From contig MU057981.1 of the NCBI GenBank assembly GCA_013265495.1, forward strand, positions 124,001-188,000: a stretch of 64,000 bases of DNA. The letters run 5' to 3'. The stretch is from Vicugna vicugna (taxonomy: Eukaryota). Positions 26,875 through 39,746 of the stretch are shown here, piece after piece. The notes under the pieces are model-generated. The model ran no database searches. It was not told the origin of the DNA and saw nothing but the letters and a program-made list of their open reading frames with translations. Positions within the stretch are counted from its first letter, which is position 1; every line of letters begins with the position of its first letter. Made by a program: the position numbers and the translations under genes.

Positions 26875-28371
26875 ATTTATATGGAATCACAAAAGGCTCA
26901 GAATTGCCAAAGTAATATTGAAAAAGAATGAAGCAGGAGGAATAACCCTCCCAGATCAGACAATATTACAGAGCTACAGGCATCAAAATAGCATGATATT
27001 GACATAAAAACAGACATATGGATCAATGGAACAGAATAGACAGCCCAGAAGTAAATCCAAAGACTTACAGTCAATTAATGTTTGACATAGGAGACAATAA
27101 TATACAATAGAGAAGACAGTCTCTTCAGCAAGTGATATTGAGTAAACTGGACAGCAGCATGTAAATAATGAAGACAGAACACTCCCTTCACCCCACATAC
27201 AAAAATAAACTCAAAATGGCTTAAAGACTTAAATATAAGACAAGACATGATAAATCTCCTAGAAGAAAATATAGGCAAAATATCCTCTGACATAAATCTT
27301 AGCAATGATCTCTTAGGGCAGTCTACCCAGGCAATGGAAATAAAAGCAAAAATAAACAAATGGGATCTAATTAAACTCATAAGCATTTGCACAGCAAAGG
27401 AAATGATAAGCAAAATGTAACAACAACATATGGAATGTGATAAAATGTATGCAAATGATATGACTGACAAAGGCTTGATTTCCAGAGTATATAAACAGAA
27501 CATATAATTTAATAACAACAACAAAACAACCCTATCCAAAAATGGGCAGAGCACCTAAACAAGCAATTCTCCAATGAAGACATACAAATGGCCAGTAGGT
27601 ATAAGAAAAAAAATGCTAAATATCACTAATTTTAAGAGAAATGAAAATCAAAACTGCAGTGACATATCACCTCACACCATTCAGAATGGCCACCATTCAA
27701 AAGTTCATGAATGATAAATCCTGGAGAGGGCGTGGAGAAAACAGAACCCTCCTACACTGCTGGTGGGAATGCAGTTTGGTGTAGCCATTATTGAAAACTG
27801 GAAATTCCTCAAAAAACCAAAAATAGGCTTACCCTATGATCCAGCAATCCCACTTCTGGGTATATATCTGGAGGGAACTCTAATGTGGAAAGATATCTGC
27901 ACCCCAATGTTTACAGCACCACTATATACAATAGCCAAGACCTGGCAGCAACATAAATGTAGCAACATTTGACTGGATAAACAAATTGTGGTATATTCAC
28001 ACAATGGAATACTGTTCTGCTGTGAAAAAGAATAAAATAATGTCATTTGCAGCAACATGGATGGACCTAGAGATCATCATTCTAGGTGAAGTAAGCCAAG
28101 AAAAGAAAGAAAAATACCATATATCACACATATGTGGAATCTTAAAAAAGAGAAAGGACACTATGAACTCATCTACAAAACAGAAACAGACTCACAGACT
28201 TAGTAAACAATCTTAGGGTTACCAGGGAAAGGGGGTGGGGAGAGATAAACTTGGGAGTTTGAGATTTAAAAATGTTAGTCACTATATATACAGACAGATA
28301 TTTTAAAAATGTTTCTTCTGTATAGCACAGAGACCTATGCTCAATATCTTGTAATAACATATTAATGGAAA
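26875..28371 (+). mobile_element. L1 ORF2 3' part and 3'UTR (continuation of 23429-24217)
   Basis: Resumes exactly after the TSD (atggaatcacaaaaggctcagaattgccaaag); [12 protein letters not shown] and MWYIHTMEY motifs. Confidence 0.95.
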
Positions 28372-28399
28372 ATCTGCTACAGCTACCACCTGACATAAA

Positions 28400-30838
28400 A
28401 GAGGAGAGTTAGTTATCCTGGGCTAGAACCCAGTCCTTCACAAGTCCTTGTCCACCACCTGAGAGCACTGAATCCTCCTCCCAGGAATAGGCTGACATGA
28501 ATACACATTTCCAGTGAACCTGGGTCAGCAGAGGCTGCCCCCCAGGACAGGCCACAGGGAGATGGGAGCAAGTCCACCTTCTCCCCCAGGGCAACCCCCC
28601 TCACCTGGCCACCACTGCCCCCTGACAGCACCTTGCCCACCTCCCGGGAGCCAACTCACCTGGGAACAAGTGTCCCAGGAACCTGGGGCAGCGGTGGGGA
28701 GAGAGGAGCTGCCCCTGATAAACTGGTATATTTGTACGTATCTCCTCTGCAATATGGCCTGGGGGCGGCCTCTGCTGACCCAGCTTCCCGGGATGCCCAT
28801 CTCTTGATTTGCCTGCTCCTGGGAGGCAGGCGCAGTGCGTTCTGGGGGTAGCAGCAATGGTAAAGGGGGGAATGGGGCTGCCCCGTGTGAATACAGGGAT
28901 TTGTTCCCACTTCCCGCTGTCACTGCTGCTGCCCCCCCACAGACTGCACTGCGCCTGCCTCCCAGCAGCAGGCTGACCTGTAACCTGTATCCCACCAACC
29001 TGGGGCAGTAGAGGCCACCCTAGGCCAAGCCACACGGGAGATGGAAGCAAGTCCACCTGCTCCCCAGGGGCAGCTACCCTCCCACCACCGCCACAGCCAC
29101 CTTCCCAGCTGCTGCTGCTGCTGCTGCTGCTTCTGCTGCCCCCTAACAGTGCTGCGCCCACCTCCCAGGAGCCAACTCACCTGGAAGCAAGTGTCCCACA
29201 AACCTGGGGCAGCATTTGCCCCCATCTCCCCTGCATCATGGCCTGGGGGCAACTCCTGCTGCTCCAGCTTTGATGGAGGAACCTTCCCAGGTCAGCCTGC
29301 TCCTGGGAGGTGGCCATAGTGTGCTCAGGGAAGTGATGGCAGTGGGTTAGGGGGGCTGCCATGCGAGCCTTTGGATTTGCTTCAATCTCCCCAGCAGCCT
29401 ATCTCGGGGGCGGCCTCTGCTGCCCCAGATTTGCGGGATGCACGTCTTGGGAACTGCCTGCTCCTGGGAGGCAGGAGCGGTGCAGTCAAAGTGCAGAGGC
29501 TGCAGAAGGGACGACGACGACAGCTGCAGGGGAGGGGGAGATGCTCCGGAGAACCAGTCGAGTTGCTCCAATCTTCCCCACAGCCTGGCCTGGGGGCGGC
29601 CTCTGTTGCCTCAGCTTCCTGGAAGGCAGGTCTCCCTGTCAGCCTGCTGCCCGGAATCAGGCACGGTGCGGTCAGGGGGCAGCGGCAACAAGTGTAGGAG
29701 GGATGCCTCTGCGACCCTGTCCATTTGCTCCCATCTCCCTGTGGCCTGGCCTCGGGGCGGCTTCTGCTGCCCCAGGTTCAGGGGAATCAGGCTACATGAC
29801 AGTCGGCTCCTAGGAGGCTGGGCGGTGAGGTCAGGGGGCAGCAGTGTTTGTAGAGGCTGAGGGAGGGGGGACGCCCTTGGAAAGCTGGTCCACTTGCTCC
29901 CACCTCCCCCGCTGCCTGGCTTTGGGGTGGCCTCTGCTGCCCTAGCTTCTCGGAATGCAATTCTCCCTGTCAGCCTGATCTTGGGAGGCGGGTGCAGCGC
30001 GGTCAGGGGGTGGCAGCGGCGGTGTCATGACTGGGGCTGACCCCGTGAAAGCCTGGGGATTTGCTCCCATTTCCCGCTGCAGCCGCCCCCGCACACTGAC
30101 TGCACCGTGCCCGCCTCCCAGGAGCAGCATGACCTGTAACCTGCGTCCTGAGAACCTAGGACACCAGAGGCCAGCACCAGGCCAGGCTGCAGGGGAGATG
30201 GGAGCAAGCAGACCGGAGCGTCTTGGGCAGGCCCCCTACCCCCGCCGTCAATGCCGCAGCCACCCCCAGACCCCTGACAGCACAGCGCAGGTCTCCCGGG
30301 AGCAAGGTAACCCTAAGACGTGCATCAGGTGAACCTGGGTAAGCAGATGCCGCCCCCAGGCCAGGCCTCGGGAGAGATGCGAACACATCCAGTGGCTCAC
30401 ACCTGGCAGCCCCCCTCCCACCGCCGCCGCCTCTGCCCCCACCCCCTGACCACAGAGCACAAGGCTCCTGGGAGCTGGCTGACCTAGGGCTGTGCCTCCA
30501 GAGAACCTGGGGCAACAGAGGCCGCCCCCAGGCCAGGGCACAGGGAATTGGGAGCAAATCTCCCAGCTTGCAAATGGCAGCACCCTGTTATTCCCGCCTC
30601 GAAAGCTGCCACAGATTTCATCGTCCCCACTACTCCCTGACTGGACCACACAGGCCTTAAGGGAGCAGTCTGACCTAAAGAGGAACCCAGAGCAGCAGAG
30701 GCCGCCCCCAGGCCAGGCAGCAGGAGAGATGGGAGCAAGTAACTGGCTCCCAAGGGACAGCCCCCATCCCCTCGCTGCCACCGCCAAGGCCACGGCCTCT
30801 GCCATCTTCCCAGCCCCCTCGCCCCACTGCGCCCATGG
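28400..30838. repeat. GC-rich tandem array, ~170-180-bp monomer in alternating-orientation blocks
   Basis: Core tggcctgggggcggcctctgctgccccagg is forward at ~28756, 29240, 29405, 29587, 29747 and 29917, and reversed at ~28525, 29005, 30165, 30342, 30512 and 30692. Confidence 0.85.
29108..29139 (+). repeat. (CTG)n microsatellite within the GC-rich array
   Basis: gctgctgctgctgctgctgctgcttctgctgc. Confidence 0.9.
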
Positions 30839-32382
30839 TCTTACTAAAGTGAGTATACAGGAAACATATCTCAACATTATAAAAGCTATTCATGACAAAC
30901 CTACAGTCATATAATACCCTACCAAGGGAGCTGAAAGCTTTTCCACTAAAATATGGAACCAGACAAGGGTGCCCACTCTCATCACTTCTATTCAATATAG
31001 TATTGGAAGTCCTAGCCATAGCAATTAGATAACAAAAAGAAATAAAAGGGATCCAAATTGGAAATGAAGAGATAAAATGTTATTATATGTGGATGACATG
31101 ATGCTATACATAGAAAACCCTAAAAGCTCCACATAAAAACTACTAGAGCTAATAAAAGAAATCAGCAAGGTGGCAGGATAAAACAGGAACATACAGAAAT
31201 TAGTGGCATTTCTTTACACGAAAGTAATAACCCCTTCTAAAGCTGCAAGCAAAAAAGAAATCTGACCCAGGAAGTTAAAGCCTTACACGCGGAGACGTAC
31301 AAAACACTGATTAAGGAAATTACAGAGGACTTAAAGAAATGGAAAGATATCCCATGTTCTTGCATTGGAAGAGTTAATATTGTTAAAATGGCCATACTGC
31401 CCAAAGCAATCTACAGATTTAATGCGAACCCTATCGTATCACATTTTTCACAAAACTACAACAAATCAACGTAAAATTTATATGGAATCACAAAAGACAC
31501 ACAATTACCAAAGCATTACTTTAGAAAGAGATCGAAATTGGAGGAATAACCCTCTCAGACTTCAGACAGTACTACAGAGCTACAGTCATCCATGGTATGG
31601 GTATAAAAACAGATGTATGGATCAATGGACCAGAAACAGAGCCCAGAAACAAACCTACACAATTTTGGTCAATTAATCTCTGACAAAGGAGGCAAGAACA
31701 TACAATGGAGTAAAGACACTCTCTTCAGCAAATTGTGTAGGGAAAACTGGACAGCTGTATGTAAATCAATGAAGTTAGGCTACTCCCTCACCCCATACAC
31801 AAAAATAAATTCAAAATGGCTTAAAGACTTAAACATAAGACAAGACACAATTAACCTCCTAGAAGAAAACATAGGCAAAACATTATCTGACATACATCTC
31901 AGCACTGTTCTCCTAGGGCAGTCTACACAAGCAATGGAAATAAAAGCAAAAAACAAACAGATGGGGACCTAACTAAACTTACAAGCTTTTGCACAGCAAA
32001 GGAAACCATAAGCAAAACAAAAAACCTCTGAAATGGGAGAAAATATTTGTTATACAACAGAATAACCAAGAAAAAAGCAACCCAATCCAAAAATGGGCAG
32101 AAGACCTAAACAAGCATTTCTCCAAGACATACAAATGGCCAATAGGCACATTAAAAAGTAATCAATATCACTAATTATCAGAGAAATGCAAATCAAAACT
32201 ACAATGAGGTATCACCTCACACCAGTCAGAATCGCCATCATTCAAATGTCCACAAAGGAGAAATGCTGCAGATTGTGTGGAGGAAAGGAAACCCTCCTAT
32301 ACTATTGGTGGGAATGTAGTTTGGTGTAGCCATTGTGGAAATCAGTAGGGAGATTTCTCAAAAGACTAAAACTAGACTTGCC
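30839..32382 (+). mobile_element. L1 ORF2 fragment, truncated at both ends
   Basis: [33 protein letters not shown] and LTPYTKINSKWLKDLN motifs; stops abruptly at aaaactagacttgcc with no 3'UTR. Confidence 0.95.
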
Positions 32383-32399
32383 AAAAGCTTTTGATCTCT

Positions 32400-33320
32400 G
32401 GGGCAGGCCGACCAAGCTCCCAAAGGCCCAGGTATCGCCCGTTATTCTGAAATGGAGGGTCCGGAGCGGCCTCCACTCGCCAGGCAGGTCCACCTACGCA
32501 GGATGGCCATGGTCTGAGGACCAGCCGGAGGTGCTCCGGGGTCTGTCCGGCGCCCTCTCACCTCCCATGGTTGCATCTGCTTTCCCAAATCCGTGTGTGA
32601 GCGGCAGTGAAGACACGGGGTTCAGGGACTACTAATGTGGGGGGAGAGAGCATCATGAACCAGGGCTGCGCGTCCTGCCCTGCCTCAGGGTACTAATGCG
32701 ACGCCTCTCCCGGGCCTCATCTACACTCCCCTACCTGTGCGCTTCCCCAACAGCACAGCCCAGGCCTCACCCGCTGGGTCCCTGACCTGCGCGCCCCCAT
32801 CAGTGCCCCCTTACCTGCCCAGCGGCCATACCAGAGGTGAGGGCAAGCGACGGCCCAGACCCCAGGCCGTGCTCCTCCTCGTGGAGCTGGTCCAGGAACA
32901 CCCGGCTCCCGCCAGCGTCCACACGCCCTGGGCGGGTTCAGGCGTCCGCCCGTCTGTGCGTCCGCGCGTGCGCGCCCCTCCCCCTCCCGCCCACGGCGCG
33001 GACGCTCGGGCGGGCGATGGGGCAGCCCCACCCCGCCCACCCACTGCTGGCCTGGGCTGGCTGGGTTCCCGTCCCCAAAACAGTCCCACCCCGGCACCTT
33101 CCAGTCCCTGCGCTCAACTAGATTCACCACCAACCATGAGCCAGGCCACACGCCTCAACCCCACTCCCCCTGCTTGCCTCCTCCCCACCGTCACTGCCCC
33201 CTCAATGCTTAATTGTGTATTTTTATACTCATAAACTTAGGCCAGTGGCCTTCACATTGGAGCACATCTCGGGGTACACAGAGACGGCGCAGGGCACGTG
33301 GGCACAGGGAACATGGGAGA
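32400..33320. promoter_or_regulatory. Orphan CpG island
   Basis: Dense CpG/GC text (e.g. gcgtccgcgcgtgcgcgccc) between an L1 and AT-rich DNA. Confidence 0.7.
32754..32900 (+). pseudogene. ALKAL2: Possible degenerate remnant of the first coding exon of ALK/LTK ligand 2 (FAM150B)
   Basis: Acceptor-like ttccccaacag, then frame ...PQAVLLLVELVQE resembling recalled ALKAL2 GQALLRLVVELVQE; same strand as and upstream of the SH3YL1 remnant, as in human 2p25. The match is short. Confidence 0.4.
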
Positions 33321-34883
33321 CAGGATTTCCAGATCTCCATTTCCCAAGTGTGTTACTCCTCAAAGCAGACCCGTGACATGAGGCTGTCCTGTCTGCTAGC
33401 CTTTCATGGGGGCTTTTTTCCCACTCGAATAAAAGCACCACCAAATCATCTTAATCACATGCACTACACTGTCCCCACAATGTAAGGATAATTATCCAGT
33501 TTGAAATATGGATGTTGATATGGTGTAGTTAGTAAGTCTGATGAGCAGTAAATACTTTTGCAGATTAGGTGATTTCCATTTTTGTGCTTTTAGCAAAACT
33601 GAAGGGGGACCTAATGACATAGTTATCTGAACTTATAGTAAGAGTAGTAATGTATATTATCATTATCATTATATATTAATTATTTCTAAAATCACATAGC
33701 TATCACCAAAATAAAAAGGTATAATAGTAATAGTTTATTACTTTATAAATAATACTTTATTATTGTTTTTTTTTTGATGATAGGTCACTATGTGATTTTT
33801 TTCATCTCTGTCTTGGATGGGATATAGAAGAATTCTGTTACATTGCTATAAAATATCTCATTCTTGCCCTCTCTAGTTTTTATAAAAATCAGCTTTCTTA
33901 GCACCTATGTCTTTAAAAAGGAACACTGAAATACAATTTGATGTTGAACTACATCATTCCAGAAACGAGAAATAGTCATCCTGTGTGTGAACTAATTCTT
34001 AAAAAGTCTTGCCTATATATTCGGATGCATTTCAAATAAAATTTTACTTTCATGTTTAGTAAATTAACAAATTCATAATATATTTCATGTTTTGATCAAT
34101 GAAATGAAACTCAATCTAAGTAATTAATATAGGATTGTATTATTTAAAATTTAAAAATAAACTTAAGCACAATTTTTGTCGTAGAAACCTACCTAAAGAT
34201 ATAATATTAATACATGAGTAAAAATATTTGGGACAAATGGAATGTATGGTTTGAAGTTTAAAAATGAACAGTATGTAATCTCTGACTATTAAAAACATGC
34301 TCACTGATTTTCTTTAATGAATGATGGTGAGTTCAAATCACTATCACCTAAGATCTATTTAGTCAGAAAAGGAGAAATATGATTAAGTAATTGATAATGA
34401 AATATGCTGAACATTATACCTTAAGCTTATATTCAACAATTTTAGGTATCAATTAAAAATATACTAGTGAGTATTGCTTAAAAATTATCTTAGCTGTTAA
34501 GCAAGCAAGGATGTTTGAAAATCACTGGCTCGGGGATTGCAGGGTTTTTTATTTGGGTGTTTTATAATCACTTCTGGAAAAAGATATGCAGATGTGCTTC
34601 TTGATGTGAAAATTTGAATTTCATCTCTGTTTTGAGAGAAGGGATCCAGAAAGCACAGCAGTGAGAACAGCCATAAAAGCCTGGGAGAGATAAGTGACGC
34701 TGCTGTAATGGCACGTGTGCCGGGGCTGGAGGCCTCAAAAGCAGTGACTGGAGAGCATGGTGTTTACATTAAGTCTTTAATGATACAATCAGGGGCATAA
34801 GCATCCACTTTTATCAAATAACTATAAATTATGGAAACTATCATGACTATTTTATTAAAATGGGGAAAACTGAATAATATTAT

Positions 34884-35265
34884 TGTGAGCTGGTGTTGAG
34901 ATGAGTTAAGGCTGTGGGACCCAAGGCCACGACTACAGAGCATGTTTGTAGTATGCAGTAAATAATTGCTCCATGTATGCATCAATTATATAAGATTTAG
35001 AACAAAGAAAGTAGAAGTATGCATGTGCTAGAGATATTCTGTAAGCCTAAAGAGCAAAGAAATTCAGACCACGCATGTGCTGACAGAAAACAGATAAAAC
35101 AGGACAGGTGCATCATAGGCGCGCACCTCCCTGTGGCAATAAAGTGTTGTTAACCCCATGGTGTCTCTGGCTGAAGTCTGTCCAGCAGTATGGCAACTCC
35201 TCGTGCATTTTTTCATTTGGGCCGCTCACCTCCTAGAACCCCACATCAGCCTCCCTCGGCTGACA
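34884..35265 (+). repeat. 5' LTR (382 bp)
   Basis: tgtgagctgg...ggctgaca; AATAAA near 35138. Confidence 0.95.
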
Positions 35266-35267
35266 CT

Positions 35268-35285
35268 TGGCGTAGTCGGCAGGAT
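35268..35285 (+). other. Primer-binding site, tRNA-Ser
   Basis: TGGCGTAGTCGGCAGGAT is complementary over 18/18 nt to the 3' end of vertebrate tRNA-Ser (ATCCTGCCGACTACGCCA). Confidence 0.92.
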
Positions 35286-35333
35286 GAGGTGAGTGCCCCT
35301 ACTGAAACCCCTGCCCCTGACGGGGATGCTCTG

Positions 35334-35822
35334 ATGGAAGCAAAGTGGCCCCCTACCTCTGTATGGTACCCGGTGGCAGCCTATTTGCTGACGTGGGCTC
35401 AACCTGAGGATTGGGATACAGTGGCGCCCCGGCCAGATGACGTCCGGAGGGCATTGGAGCTGTTAGAAAATAATGTCCCATTAGCCCACCGAGAGGCAGC
35501 CGGGAGGGTGGCCTAGATGTTCTTATCTGTTTTACGGCATGCTAGCCAAGACATGAGAGATTTACAGATGCAAGTGGAGGAGTTGCAGTGCAAAGAAGAG
35601 GAGCTTAAGCAGAGACCCAGCATAACAGAAAGATGTCTGCGTGGTCCTCACTCTGCCACCTCTGAGAGCAGCTATGCCTGTATAGCTCTGGTCCCACTGC
35701 CCCTGGGAGCGGTAAGCCCAACACCTCCCCCCATTCCACTGTGTCTACAGCCCGTGGTGAGACAGCAGATGGAAATGGAGGAGCCCATGGCTCAGGGGGG
35801 AATTCCTGCAGGGCCACGGTGA
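35334..35822 (+). pseudogene. gag: ERV gag N-terminal remnant
   Basis: VWYPVAAYLLTWAQPEDW...AGRVA*MFLSVLR resembles HERV-S gag; TAG at 35514 where Trp is expected; abuts RT with no capsid or protease. Confidence 0.75.
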
Positions 35823-35824
35823 GT

Positions 35825-38590
35825 GACACGACATTCCATCCCCCATACATGCCACGGTGCCAAATATAACAAATTTGATAGACCGACTGTCCTATAAACT
35901 GGGTACTTGTCACTATGTGGTTAACCTAACTAATACATTCTTCTCAATAAACATAGCCCCTGAGAGCCAAAAACAGTTTGCCTTCACCTAGAAAGGCAGA
36001 AAATAAACATTTGTTATGTTGCCACAAAAATATCTACACAGCCCTACACTATGTCATGGCCTGGTGGCCCAGGACCTGGCTACATGGAACAAACCAAATA
36101 CCATCCACTTGTTCCATTATATTAATGACATAATGCTAACCTCTGATTCTCTTTCAAATTTAGAAACCAGTGCCACAGCACTGCAAAAAGCCCTGGAGGG
36201 CTAGAGGTGGGCTGTAAACGAGGACAAAGTACAAGGACCTGGATATTCTGTCCAATTCTTGGATGTTATCTGGTCGGGTAAGACAAAAGTACTACCTAAA
36301 ACAGTAATAGACAAAATCCAGACATATTCCCGCCCTAAAACAGTTAAACAGTTACAGACTTATTTAGGTCTTCTAAAATACTGGCGGATATTTATTCCTC
36401 ATTTGGCCCAAAAGCCAAACCCCTGTATAAACTAATTAAAAAAAAAAGTCTAAAATTGGTCTAATGAGACCAAATATACATTTGTTAAAACTAAGAGAAC
36501 AGTGGCCCAAGCACAAGCACAAGCACTATAGATCCAGAAATCCCTTTCTGGTTAACAGTCCATGTAAACAATGATAGATATGGCTGAGACTTATAACAAA
36601 AACATGAACAGCAAAAAGTGCCCATAAAATTCTGGTCTCAGTTGTAAAAAGGGGCTAAATATCGTTGTTCTCTGATTAAAAAACAGTTGCTAGCAACTTA
36701 TACATCCTTGATTGCCACTAAACCCCTAACGGAGAGACAAGAGATCCAAGTACAGACCACATACCCTATTACAGGATAGATACAGACATGGAGAAAACAA
36801 CCCCGATCAAAAACTGCCCAAACCCCAACTCTAACGAAGTGGGGTGCTTATTTAAAACAGCGAGCCCAGTACACCGTTAGCCCCTTAACTACAGAGTTGC
36901 AACAGATATTAGGGCCTGTAAAATTTGTTGCGCCTGATGTACAGATACTCCCACAACAAGGGGTGGACCCTATACCCAGTCCCTTTTGTAAAAAAAAAGG
37001 GCCACCCCCAAAAACTACTTAATATACTGATAAATTGTAAGGGCAGTCCGCCCACTTGGGTTGCAGTAGCACTGCACCCTGCCACTAAAGCCTTCTGATA
37101 TGAGACCAGAAAAGGCCAATCCAGCCAATGGGCTAAGTTATAGACAGTATGGCTGATGTTGATAAATAAACCTAGCCCCTTACAAATTTATACAGATAGT
37201 TGGGCCATATATCGAGGCCTTACATTGTGGATACCCCAATGGGCCCTACAAGACTAAATAATTGGACACCGACCCCTGTGGAGACAACAGATGTAAAAAC
37301 AGTTATAAAACAAAGGCCAAAAAGGCCAATATACTGTTTACCACGTACTAGGGCAGCGCCCAGCCCTGGCACCAGACAATGATGCTGCTGATGTGCTAGC
37401 CCAACTCTGCCCTGTACAGGCTATGGTCCCAGGACCTGATATAGGTCCCTGGCTCCATAAAAAACTTGGTCATGTTAGCTCATACACAATGAGACAGGTA
37501 GCCGACTAGTGGGGCCTACTCCTGAACCACAGTAAAGCCAAAGATGCCATGCGGCAATGTCCATGGTGTGCTAAACCCCACCCGCACCGGCGGCGATGGC
37601 CCCAACAGATAAAAAAGATTGCACGAAAAATTCAGCCATTACAGTATGACAAATAGGTTACGTAGGCCCCTTTGCTCCAAGTACAGGCTTGCGGTACCTG
37701 CTGACAGCGGTAGACACCGCGACTGGTCTAGGTTTTGCTCACCATGTGCCCCAAGCTACACAAGACTCTACTATTAAAACACTAAAAGTTTTACAGACCT
37801 TCTATGGGACTCCCTTAAAAATACAAAGTAATAGAGGGACCCCTTTCACTGCCCAACAGACCCAAAAATGGGCCAAAAAAATAATATTAACTAGATATTA
37901 CATGTGCCTTACCGTCCTCAAACAGCAAAAATGATTAAATGGTACAATGACCTATTAAAGAACAAACTGAGGGCTCTCAAACCACAAGGGCGAGACTAAA
38001 ACAATGTCTTGCCACAGGCGATACGTCTTTTAAATAAACAACCTCGCCGTATGGGTATGAGCCCACTAAAAAAGTTATTACAAGAGACTATTCAGAGACC
38101 CAGAGTTGGGCCCGTACAGGATGCCTCCAATGTCTCAATAGTGGGACATGCATTAATATTACGTGCCCCCAGAATGTTAAACTCAAAAAAACAAGACACC
38201 TGGACATAAAAAAAATCAGGTCCAGACTAAAGGCCCCTGACTAGCCCTTTTAAAACCATGGGACAATGGGCTAGAAAAAGCCCTACAGGTAACCCCACGA
38301 GTGGGGAAATAGCCTTTTAATGTACAGGTTAAAAAACAAAAATGTCCCTACTTAAAAAAACAAAAGCCCTACGGCTTTGGACAATTCCACTAATAGCTCC
38401 TAAAGCTCTCCCAGAGTGTAACCAACCTAATGTGGGCGGGTTGTTATGGTACCACCGCCCAGGGCGAACAGCCCTTCCTGCCACTGTACTCTCACAAAAT
38501 AAAAAAGTGGCTTACATCCTCCCCAAAAAAAAAAAAAAAGATTTGCCAATCATGATGTCCACCTCTACTCTGTCCTTCCGTCCAGGGTAA
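35825..38590 (+). pseudogene. pol: ERV pol remnant (RT, RNase H, integrase, C-terminal extension)
   Basis: LPQKYLHSP (LPQG), HYIND (YIDD) at 36118-36129, *YTDK (WYTDG) at ~37020, HHCC zinc finger at 37450-37570, YLLTAVDTATG and IQSNRGTPF. Confidence 0.9.
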
Positions 38591-39735
38591 CAACAAATAC
38601 CATGTTCTCCTGAACACACACATTCGCGCAAGTCCACAATGTCTCTCACTGTTGGGTCTGTACTAAACTTCCTAGACGCAAAAGATGGACTGCCGTGGCA
38701 CCTCCACCCCGCGTCCAGAGCTAATTAGAGCACCTTGATTCAATAAAATGCCAACAGGACAGCAAGATCGCCCTGGGACTTGCGGCGACAGACTATTAAA
38801 AAAATACTCCAACGTGAGTGGGCAATGCCCCCCCTTATTAAAAAAACTATATAAAATAAGTAAAAATAGATAAATAATGTTCATATAAAAATAAAAAAAT
38901 TTAAGCCCACTCTATATTAAACAGTGGTTTGAACACGAGGCCCCAAACCGCACAATGGGGTGGCTCACAAAAGAGCTATGTACCAAAATTACTTATAATG
39001 TAAATGCCTCCACCTGATAAAATAAATGACCTCTAATTAACACAAAACCCACTGATTTCCTGCCACCAGGATATCTGTGGGCATATAACACCCACAGATG
39101 GTCGTATCTCCCAGCTAAATGGACAGGGTGCTGTACTTGGGGTAGAGCTTAATTGTCCGGACATACCCAAGCCCACTTTAACAGAGTGCCCCACAAATTG
39201 GGACCCACTGCACACCCGATGGCACCGGGAAAAGCGTACAGCTTGGTGGTTTTATCCTATGGCTCTGTTCCTGCCTGGTACTGGGACCATCAATGTTAAA
39301 TTACAGATAAAAGCTTTAGCTCAACACATATCAGCTGTACTAAATGTTACTAAAAGAGCTATAAAAAATTTGTTAAACAAGACTACCCAGATACAAAAGG
39401 TAGTCTTACAAAATAAAATGACATTAGATATTCTCACTAAAAGCCAAAATGACACATATACTATATTACATATTAAATGTTGTATCTATATACCAAATCA
39501 CCAAAAAAAGTAGCTAAAACACTACATAAAATAAATCAAAAATTAAATCACATAAATCACGTAACTCAAAAGCCCCTTAAAAATTAATGGTCATCCTTGA
39601 CGTCCTCCTAAAAATAGAGCCTAACTGTCCTGGCTATTGTTGCTGTTTGTGTATTAGTAAAATACTGTACTTTATATTGTTATTGTGGTCTTTGGACACA
39701 ATACTCAGCCCTGTGGGCTAGGGTTCCCATGACCT
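38550..39735 (+). pseudogene. env: ERV env remnant, gamma-type
   Basis: CWVC at 38650-38661, furin site REKR at 39226-39237, hydrophobic fusion peptide, ISD-like LQNKMTLDIL, decayed CX6CC, TM anchor at ~39620-39690. Confidence 0.88.
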
Positions 39736-39746
39736 AGGGGGTGGAA

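Noticed and set aside
28409..30914. Many long ORFs on both strands, including poly-Q/S/C
   Set aside because: By-product of a GC-rich repeat with few stop codons.
33800..34100. hAT/Charlie transposase remnant
   Set aside because: Too degenerate to support by eye; needs RepeatMasker.
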